A stretch of 10,813 bases of DNA from Promethearchaeota archaeon (GTDB lineage: Archaea > Asgardarchaeota > Lokiarchaeia > Sigyniarchaeales > SOKP01), in assembly GCA_019058015.1 (NCBI GenBank), contig JAHLWH010000146.1:1-10813 (forward strand), read 5' to 3'. Below the pieces are notes generated by a model. The model saw nothing but the letters and a program-made list of their open reading frames with translations, searched no databases and was not told the DNA's origin. The first letter of the stretch is position 1. Each line of letters starts with the position of its first letter. Positions 1 to 7,079 of this stretch are shown here, piece after piece. A program made the translations under genes and the position numbers.

Positions 1-825
1 CCTCTTATTATCTTTTCAGCTCACTACGATTCTATTTCAGCAAAAGTTTCTTATAAATTGCAGAAGATTTTATATGTCATAATTAGAATTTTAGGTTTTG
101 CTTATCTTTTTTTATTATTAATTCTTTTTATCTTGTTCATTTTTGAGATTTTTTTAAATTTATCTATTAATTTTTTCTTTTTAAATTTATTAGGTATATT
201 TTCCTTTATTGAATTAGGTATAATAATTCCAATATATACTATTCTTTTCAATAAAAATCCTAATGAATCAACTGGCTCGATTGATAATGCAAGTGGGGTT
301 GCAATTTTAATTGAATTAGCAAAACTTTTAAATAAGAATCCGCTCGAAAATATAGATATTTTATTTATATGGTGCGGTGCCGAAGAATGGGGCAACAAGG
401 GTTCGAAAAAATTCTGCACGAAGCATTATAACGACTTAAATCAAGAGTATGACCTTAATAAATCCAATAACATAAATATTGATATGGTTGGGACCTATAT
501 CGGACTTGTAGATAAAACTGGTTTAATTAAAAAAAAAATGAATGATAAGTTGAATGATATTCTTGAAATATCAGCAAAGAGATTGAATATCCCTCTAACA
601 AAATTCGTGAAAATTATAGAACCTAAAAGTGATCATGAGTCGTTCCGATCATTTGCTAAAAAACCAAACAAAAAATTTCAAGTATGTTGTTTTTATTCAG
701 ATAAGGATTCTAAATTTATTCACTCATTAGACGACACTCCTGATAAATGTTCTTCTGAAAATCTAAATGGTTGTCTAGAAATCTGTTATGAAACGGTAAA
801 AAGCTTAGACTTGAGAATGGAATAA
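1..825 (+). CDS. M28-family zinc metallopeptidase with an inserted transmembrane hairpin (5'-partial)
   Basis: Frame 1 is open from base 1 (PLIIFSAHYDSISAK...), so the gene starts upstream of the window and TTG at 58 is internal. M28 motifs appear in order: AHYDS, GSIDNASG, GAEEWG, NIDMVG, SDH, FIHSLDDTPD. Two hydrophobic helices lie between HYD and DNASG. Stop is TAA at 823-825. Confidence 0.85.
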   Translation, partial: PLIIFSAHYDSISAKVSYKLQKILYVIIRILGFAYLFLLLILFILFIFEIFLNLSINFFFLNLLGIFSFIELGIIIPIYTILFNKNPNESTGSIDNASGVAILIELAKLLNKNPLENIDILFIWCGAEEWGNKGSKKFCTKHYNDLNQEYDLNKSNNINIDMVGTYIGLVDKTGLIKKKMNDKLNDILEISAKRLNIPLTKFVKIIEPKSDHESFRSFAKKPNKKFQVCCFYSDKDSKFIHSLDDTPDKCSSENLNGCLEICYETVKSLDLRME

Positions 826-1289
826 ATTAGGAATCGTTGTATAACTTTTATTATTTCATTTTGGAATTAATTAATTAAATTCTCAACTTACTTTATTTTT
901 AATCTTTTTTTAATAATAGAACAAAAAGATGTGATGGAATCTTTGCTAGACTTGTTTTTTCTTAGTTTATAACTTTATTTTTCGTTGGATTAATAAAGGA
1001 CTTGCGCTTAAATGTGTGAATTCATTTTATAAGAGATATAATAAAATATTTGTGCTTATTTAAATGTAACAAGAAATATAGTAAAATGATATATAAATTT
1101 ATCCAGTGGTAATTCTGGAATGATAAAATTTGTCCAAGTTTTCAATAATTGCAATTAGGAATAAGATATGAAAAAACAACTAAATAATTTTTTCAACTTA
1201 GTTATATATTTATTTTTAGCAACAATATTAAATTAATATCTTAATTTATTTCTAATAAATTTAATAGGTTCATTACCTTATGTGATTTT

Positions 1290-2540
1290 ATGACAAGTTA
1301 TGATTATATTTTAAAAAAGGTCAAAGGGAAAATTTTATCCGCATTAGAAATTAGAGAAATTATAAAAGATACAGTTAATGGAAAATTATCAGATGTAGAA
1401 CTCGCTACTTTCATTACTGCAATAAAAATACAAGGAATGACAAATGAAGAAATTATAAATTTAACACAAGCAGAAGTTGGCACTGGTAATTTATTTGATT
1501 TTGGCTCTGATGTGTATGATAAACATAGTACTGGGGGTGTCCCGGGGAATAAAGTGAGCTTAATAATCGTCCCAATAGTTGCAACTGCTGGTTTAATTAT
1601 TCCAAAAACGTCAACCCGAGCAATTACTTCTCCATCAGGTACGGCTGACTCAATGGAAGTCCTTGCACCTGTAAAATTTAAGTCTAATGAAGTTAAAAAA
1701 ATGGTTAAAAGTAATGGTGCGTGTATTATATTGGGAGGACACCTTGAGACAGCCCCTGCAGATTCGATTTTAATCAAAATTGAGAAAAAATTACATTTAG
1801 ATCCGTTTGGTCTAATGATTCCATCAATTTTAGCTAAAAAAATGTCTATGGGAGTAAAAAAATTAGTTTTAGATATTCCTTGTGGAAAAGGTACTAAATT
1901 TAAGAATGCTGATGAAGGGCGTAAATTTGCGTTATTTTTTAAAGAAATCTCGAAAAAAGTAAAAATTGAAACAGAATGTGCCTTAACAAATGCAATTCAA
2001 CCTATTGGACATTGTGTTGGTCCAGCTATTGAAGCAAGAGAAGCCTTACACCTTTTATATGATTATAAAAAGGGACCAAATTCTTTAATTGAAAAATCAA
2101 CTGATTTAACGGGTATCCTATTAGAAATGGGTGGAAAAGCCCAACAAGGAACCGGTCAACATATGGCAAAAAATATATTAAGATCCGGAAAAGCATTAGA
2201 AAAAATGAAGAAAATCATAGATATCCAAGGGGGAAATCCAAATATCAAACCTGAAGATATTGAAGTAGGTCCCTTAGAAGCAGAATTCTTCTCAGCCAAA
2301 TCAGGCTATGTAACCGATATTAATAATTCAATAATTAATAAAATTGCTAAAACAGCTGGCTGTCCGCAAGAAAAATCAGCTGGGATCGAACTCTTTAAAA
2401 AAATTGGTGCGTTGGTTAAGGAAGGAGACCTAATTTTTAAAATTTATGCGAAAAATAGTTTTAATTTAGAGAAAGCAACTGAAATTTTTAACGCATCAAG
2501 CCCGGTTATTTTGGGTGGCATGATAATTGAGCGTGTTTAA
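1290..2540 (+). CDS. deoA: AMP phosphorylase / thymidine phosphorylase family protein, lacking the N-terminal domain (416 aa)
   Basis: Motifs DKHSTGGVPGNK, PKTSTRAITSPSGTADSMEVLAPV, SILAKK, LDIPCGKGTK, QPIGHCVGPAIEA. The GGVPGNK and RAITSP forms match the archaeal AMP phosphorylase branch of the family. Confidence 0.85.
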   Translation: MTSYDYILKKVKGKILSALEIREIIKDTVNGKLSDVELATFITAIKIQGMTNEEIINLTQAEVGTGNLFDFGSDVYDKHSTGGVPGNKVSLIIVPIVATAGLIIPKTSTRAITSPSGTADSMEVLAPVKFKSNEVKKMVKSNGACIILGGHLETAPADSILIKIEKKLHLDPFGLMIPSILAKKMSMGVKKLVLDIPCGKGTKFKNADEGRKFALFFKEISKKVKIETECALTNAIQPIGHCVGPAIEAREALHLLYDYKKGPNSLIEKSTDLTGILLEMGGKAQQGTGQHMAKNILRSGKALEKMKKIIDIQGGNPNIKPEDIEVGPLEAEFFSAKSGYVTDINNSIINKIAKTAGCPQEKSAGIELFKKIGALVKEGDLIFKIYAKNSFNLEKATEIFNASSPVILGGMIIERV

Positions 2541-2543
2541 AAT

Positions 2544-2552
2544 AAAAAAAAA
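2544..2552 (-). terminator. possible oligo-T terminator for the 2581-3903 gene
   Basis: A9 run on + (T9 on -) in the 40-bp gap between two convergent genes. Archaeal intrinsic termination uses oligo-T tracts, but such runs are common in DNA this AT-rich. Confidence 0.3.
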
Positions 2553-2580
2553 CACAAAATAATTTAATTTTTAATAATTT

Positions 2581-3903
2581 TTATAACTTTATTTTCATTG
2601 GATATAGTTTTGATTTTGGACCAATAATGTTATTATCACTATCTTTATATTTTACTGTTGTATTTATATCAAATTCACCTGGTTCAAGTGGCTTAATTTG
2701 AATTTCCCATCTTATATCTTCATTTGGTCTGATTGAATATACCTGTTTCTTAGTTGTCCCGCGCATAACTTTTAATTCCTCGGGGAATTCTAGTTCAATT
2801 TCGATTTCTAAAGCTTCTCCGGTGCTTTTATTAGAGACAGTTATTTCCAATGGAAAAGTTTGATTTATTAATGGAGGTTTTAAATTTTTAAAATAAACTC
2901 CAAGCTGTGTAGGAGGAGAACTAATGTTTAAATGTTGTGATTTTGATTTTATATGAAATGTTAATAAATCATTTATATTTGATGTTATTAATATTGATCC
3001 AAAATATGATTCTGGATCAGGAAAATTTGAAACGGTCTTAAACTTTAGATTAATATGTTCTCCTTTATTCAATTCAATTGGTAATTTTGGCTTTCTAATT
3101 ATTGATAAATTATCTGAATGGGCAATTCTAATATTATTAAAAGTTAGTTTTTTAATTTCAAAATTCAAACCTGTATCTAATGTTAAATTAAGTAAAAGTT
3201 TTGTATCGATATCAAGAGAACAATCAATTTTTTCATCAGTTGTGAAATTATTCTTTTGAAAATTTAGTTGATTTTTTATTGATATATTAATATAAGCCAA
3301 AAGTAATACAAATTTTATTAATCGTGCTTCTCCACTTTTAAATTTATACTTATCCAAATTATTTTCAATTTCCTTCAAGGATTTAATATTTTTATCAATA
3401 ATTGCAGTTGTTGTGTTTTTTATTAATTGAGTAAAGATGTTCTCTCTAAAAGAATCAATATCCACCCTGACTTTTATTGATTTTATATACTTTAACCCTT
3501 CATCTTGTCGTCCCAATAAAAAATAACAGAAATATGAAAAGCTACTACAAACCAATGCATTAAAATCTCGATCTTTACTCTTTTCTCTTTTTAAAGCATA
3601 TTTTGCCGCTAGTTGAAAATTTTGTCCTGCTTTATTAAACCCATCTATCATTAAACTGGCATTGGCTGCTTTCCTGTAATAGGTTGATATATTCTCATAT
3701 TCTTGACTATATTCATAAGATTTACATACCATTGAAAAGATTTTTTCAGCAGTATCATATTCCTCAACTTTATAGAAATCTTCTCCAGCTTTTATAAAAT
3801 GCTTTGCAGCCTTATTGTAATTCTCAATTTCGAAAAATCTTTCTGCTTTATTTAATTTTTTATTTGCAGATTCGATTAAACTTTGTTTATCTCTCTCTTT
3901 CAT
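2581..3903 (-). CDS. hypothetical cytoplasmic protein: N-terminal SNAP/TPR-like helical repeats plus C-terminal Ig-like beta-sandwich domains
   Basis: 440-aa ORF with repeated helical motifs (YNKAAKHFIKAGEDF, ISTYYRKAANAS, FNKAGQNFQLAAKY). C-terminal alternating beta strands (FPLEITVSN...IEIELEFPEEL...IRPNEDIRWEIQIKPLEPGEFDINTTVKY) resemble CARDB/DUF11-type Ig folds. No signal peptide or TM segment. Confidence 0.6.
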   Translation of the reverse strand: MKERDKQSLIESANKKLNKAERFFEIENYNKAAKHFIKAGEDFYKVEEYDTAEKIFSMVCKSYEYSQEYENISTYYRKAANASLMIDGFNKAGQNFQLAAKYALKREKSKDRDFNALVCSSFSYFCYFLLGRQDEGLKYIKSIKVRVDIDSFRENIFTQLIKNTTTAIIDKNIKSLKEIENNLDKYKFKSGEARLIKFVLLLAYINISIKNQLNFQKNNFTTDEKIDCSLDIDTKLLLNLTLDTGLNFEIKKLTFNNIRIAHSDNLSIIRKPKLPIELNKGEHINLKFKTVSNFPDPESYFGSILITSNINDLLTFHIKSKSQHLNISSPPTQLGVYFKNLKPPLINQTFPLEITVSNKSTGEALEIEIELEFPEELKVMRGTTKKQVYSIRPNEDIRWEIQIKPLEPGEFDINTTVKYKDSDNNIIGPKSKLYPMKIKL

Positions 3904-4006
3904 CGTAAGACATTGCTGAATGAATAAATTATTAAAAAATAAGAATATTTCCTTTTTTAAATTTTATAAAAAATCATAATATTCAGATTTTTTATAGAAA
4001 AGCTAA

Positions 4007-4387
4007 TTATTTTCCTTTTTTAACAGTTCCTTCAAATGTTTCAAACTGTTTGAAGATTGAAATATCTCCTTCAATTTTTGCAAAAACATTTACAGGTGAA
4101 ATTGCTCTCGGCTTATCCCCTTTACTAACTGGAGTCGATCCAAACATAATACAAAATCCAGTTCCTTGAATCCAATATGCTACATCACCAACTTCACAAT
4201 CTTCTTGTGCGTTTTCTCTTTCAATTTTTATAGGAATTGAACCATATAATTCATCACCCCACCGTGATAATGATATTTTTAAGGGTAAATTGTCCCAAAT
4301 TGCTTTACATGTTTTTGGATTTTTATCTAGTAATAATTTTGCTTTAATTACACCAATTTTCTCATTCTCGATAATAATTTCTTTCAT
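4007..4387 (-). CDS. cyclophilin-like fold protein (DUF369-type)
   Basis: Motifs PKTCKAIWDNLP, RWGDELY, GDVAYW..G.GFCIMFGSTPVS, PRAISPVNVFAKI are typical of this small archaeal family. AAGGA lies just upstream of the ATG. Confidence 0.8.
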   Translation of the reverse strand: MKEIIIENEKIGVIKAKLLLDKNPKTCKAIWDNLPLKISLSRWGDELYGSIPIKIERENAQEDCEVGDVAYWIQGTGFCIMFGSTPVSKGDKPRAISPVNVFAKIEGDISIFKQFETFEGTVKKGK

Positions 4388-4413
4388 ATTCCTTAACTCA
4401 AATTTTAATTATG

Positions 4414-4446
4414 CTTTTTGAAATAATTCAATTAAAATTCAAAAAG
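4414..4446. repeat. inverted repeat / hairpin between the SECIS and the cyclophilin-like gene
   Basis: CTTTTTGAA (4414-4422) and TTCAAAAAG (4438-4446) are perfect 9-bp reverse complements, with an inner TAAT-tca-ATTA pairing. Confidence 0.5.
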
Positions 4447-4452
4447 TTTAAT

Positions 4453-4521
4453 ACCGAATCCTATTGCGATAGGCTGTCATAATACGACTAAAATTTATTC
4501 ATATTATTCATTCTATTCGGT
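4453..4521 (-). promoter_or_regulatory. eukaryote-type SECIS element (cis-acting RNA for UGA-to-Sec recoding)
   Basis: The minus strand reads AUGA (4511-4508), AUAAUAUGA, AU, AAA (4496-4494), UUUUAG, UCGUAUUAU, GA (4478-4477). It forms a 9-bp upper helix (AUAAUAUGA/UCGUAUUAU, one G-U) on a tandem G.A core, with apical As 11 nt after AUGA. A lower helix ACCGAAU (4521-4515)/AUUCGGU (4459-4453) is available. It lies directly 3' of a gene with in-frame UGAs. Confidence 0.82.
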
Positions 4522-4929
4522 TTTTAATTTGTTGAGGGGATTTTTTCCAAGCTTATTAATCTTTTCCGAAGTTGTTATTGCAGTTTTTTGAAATTTATCT
4601 CCTTCCGCTGAGCTACAATACTCCATAAATACTCTCTCTGGGTTAAAACCAATGGTTTTTAAGATTTCTTGCACATATTCCACATTTTTTAAAGCAACTT
4701 TATTCCCAATTTCATAATCACATTCACCTGGATATCAGCCAACTACTAAAACTCCATCGGCTCCATTACCAATTGATCTCATGATTAAACTTGGAGTTAC
4801 TCTTGCAGTGCAGTTTACTCTAATTGGTCTAATTGTTGTAGGATATTGTGCACGAATCGTTCCAGCCATATCTGCCGCTCCGTAACCTCATTTCAAACAT
4901 AAAAAAGCTAAAATTTTAAAATCTTCCAT
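4513..4929 (-). CDS. mvhD: methyl-viologen-reducing hydrogenase delta subunit (MvhD/VhuD, [2Fe-2S]), selenoprotein with Sec14 and Sec65, 138 aa
   Basis: Absent from the ORF track. Manual translation: MEDFKILAFLCLK-U-GYGAADMAGTIRAQYPTTIRPIRVNCTARV...GADGVLVVG-U-YPGECDYEIGN...IGFNPERVFMEYCSSAEGDKF...LGKNPLNKLKTE. TGA at 4890-4888 and 4737-4735 replace the Cys of the MvhD motifs CxxC and GCxxxxC. TAG stop at 4515-4513. Confidence 0.95.
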
Positions 4930-4933
4930 TTTT

Positions 4934-6901
4934 TTATGCCACCTCTTCCTTTGTTCCTTCTAATAAAGCATCAATTTGATCTTCATATTGAACTTCTCGA
5001 TAATATCTTAAAGTTATTGCTTCACTTGGACAATTCGCAAGACAAGAACCACAACCTCTACATGCAATTTCATCAACTTCAGCACCATCTTCAACCATTT
5101 TAATAGCATCATATGGACAATTTAATATACATAATCCACATTTACTACATTTTTCCTTATCTACTTCTCCAGTAATGAGTTCTATTTTATATTTTCCACG
5201 TTTCATTAATTTTCCAGCAGATGATGCAGCTCCTCCTGCTTGCATAATCGATTCAGCGATCGATTTTGGACCTTGAGCAACGCCTGCAAGTGAGATGCCG
5301 GGAATCTTCGTCTCTATCGGCTCTAATCTTGCGTGTCTTTCTTTAAAAAAACCATCTGGAGTAACTTCTAATTTTAATGTCTTTATCAGTGCAGAAATAT
5401 CATAATCTGGAATCATTGCAGCAGAAAGAATAATCAAATCATATTCTTTCTCTTGAACACCTAGAGTTTCTCTCAATGTATCTTGGATAAGAACTTTCAA
5501 ATTTTTTGTTTCTGGGTCTTCATAAACTCTTGAGATATTACTGCGTAAATATTTTATACCCTCTTTTCTCGAAGCAGTGTAGTATTCCTCATAATATTTC
5601 CCTGCAGCACGCATATCCATATAGGCAATAGTAATTTCTGCATCAGGGTAATGTTGTTTGATTAATTTTGAATTTTTTATGCTAATCATGCAACACACAC
5701 CACTTGAACAGTAAGCATTCCTGTTTAAATCTCTTGAGCCAACGCATTGGATGAATAAAATTCTTTTAGGCTCTTTTCCATCAGATGGTCTTACCAAATG
5801 TCCGTTAGTGGGTCCATTTGGCGCTAAAATCCGTTCTAATTGTAACTGAGTTATGACATTATCATATTTATTGTATCCTAAATATCCATCTTCTGGTATA
5901 TATTCATCCCAACCTGTTGCTACAATTATGGTTCCGACATCTAATTTAATTATTTCAGGTTGTTGGTCAAAATCTATTGCTTCTAATTCACAAACGCTCT
6001 CACATAAACCGCATTTAATACATTGATTCATATCAATTTGTGCAATCGATGGAACGGCTTGTGGAAAACTAATGTAAATTGCTGGTCTAGGATTTAATCC
6101 TTGATTGAATTCATTATATCCATAAGCAGGACACACATCCATACAAGCTCCACAACCGTTACAATCATTATTTACATACCTAGCTCTTTGATTAATTTCT
6201 ACTGAAAAATTTCCTATATAACCTGAAATTTTGGACACTTCGGAGTATGTATATAACTTAACATTTTCATTCCTTGCAACATCTAACATAACAGGTCCCA
6301 ATATTCATATGCTGCAATCATCAGTTGGAAAAGTTCTATCAAGCATTGCCATTTTTCCGCCAATTGTTGGCTCTTTCTCAACTAAAAACACTTCATAATC
6401 TTGATCTCCAAGTTCATTTGCTGCTTTTAATCCCGCAACACCTCCACCGATAACCAAGCACTTTCCAAGAACATCAACTTCTCTTATAAGAATTTTCTCC
6501 AATTTTGCTGCTCTTACGACCGCAGAACGAAGTAAATCCTTTGCAACTTTTAATGCGCCCTCTTTATCATGCATATGAACTAATGATGAGTGTTCTCTAA
6601 TGTTACAAAATTCTAAATATGATGGATCAACCACTGTATCTTCTAATACTTTTTTAAATACGGGTTCATGTGTTATCGGAGTACACGCACAAACAACTAA
6701 TCTATTAGAATTGGTTTCTTCCATTTTTTCTTTAATAAATACTGCTCCGCCTTCAGTACATAGACTTATATAATTACTTGATTCAACCACGTTGGGTAAA
6801 GTCTTTACATATTCAACCAAGGCATCTGTGTCAATAAATCCTCCAATATTTATCCCTCAACGACAAATAGCTACATATATTCGTATTTCTTCAGTTTCCA
6901 T
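4934..6901 (-). CDS. hdrA: heterodisulfide reductase subunit A (FAD / Fe-S), selenoprotein with Sec15 and Sec199, 655 aa
   Basis: One continuous frame from ATG at 6901: METEEIRIYVAICR-U-GINIGG (TGA 6859-6857), CACTP, NIREH, GGGVAG and EKEPTIGG (FAD site), TFPTDDCSI-U-ILGP (TGA 6307-6305), CxxCxxCxxxC ferredoxin motifs, QCVGSR, YCSSGVCCM, QGPKSI, two C-terminal CxxCxxCxxxCP motifs. It joins track ORFs 6305-6820 and 4934-6301, and the length fits a full HdrA. Confidence 0.95.
4940..4945 (-). promoter_or_regulatory. Shine-Dalgarno site for mvhD inside the hdrA 3' end
   Basis: GAGGTG on the minus strand, 10 nt before the mvhD ATG (...GAAGAGGTGGCATAAAAAAATG). Confidence 0.6.
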
Positions 6902-6972
6902 TCCAATGACCTTAATTTTTATTTTTTCTTTTAAAATATTCCTCCAAATTTATTAAAGTGTATTATTTTTGA

Positions 6973-7000
6973 TTAATTATATTAAGTTAGATATAATTAA
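6973..7000. promoter_or_regulatory. inverted repeat in the divergent promoter region upstream of hdrA
   Basis: TTAATTATAT (6973-6982), 8-nt spacer, ATATAATTAA (6991-7000). Perfect 10-bp arms, but AT-only. Confidence 0.3.
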
Positions 7001-7079
7001 ATTTAACTTTAAATCTTTTATCTATAAAAATATAAACTAAATTATAAAAAAATTATAATTTTTTAAAAAGGATAATAAT

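Noticed and set aside
102-419. 105-aa minus-strand ORF
   Set aside because: Antisense shadow of the M28 peptidase, with no recognisable motif.
1168-1236. 22-aa hydrophobic small ORF MKKQLNNFFNLVIYLFLATILN with AGGA upstream
   Set aside because: Short hydrophobic ORFs are expected by chance in AT-rich DNA, and I cannot test conservation.
1304-1777. 157-aa minus-strand ORF
   Set aside because: Antisense shadow of the phosphorylase gene.
4750-4785. AUGA-N11-AA motif inside mvhD as a second SECIS
   Set aside because: Only about 6 bp pair, and no GA is positioned opposite the AUGA to form the core.
6305-6820. Track ORFs 6305-6820 and 4934-6301 as separate genes
   Set aside because: They are in-frame fragments of one hdrA. 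Their TTG starts are internal Leu codons.
6833-6854. Hairpin GAUAAAU/AUUUAUU just 3' of the hdrA Sec15 UGA as a bacterial-type SECIS or redefinition element
   Set aside because: Weak AU-rich 7-bp stem, and no comparable structure follows the other three UGAs.
4513-6901. hdrA and mvhD as pseudogenes with nonsense mutations
   Set aside because: All four stops are TGA, all fall on conserved Cys columns, there are no frameshifts or TAA/TAG interruptions, and a SECIS-like element follows.
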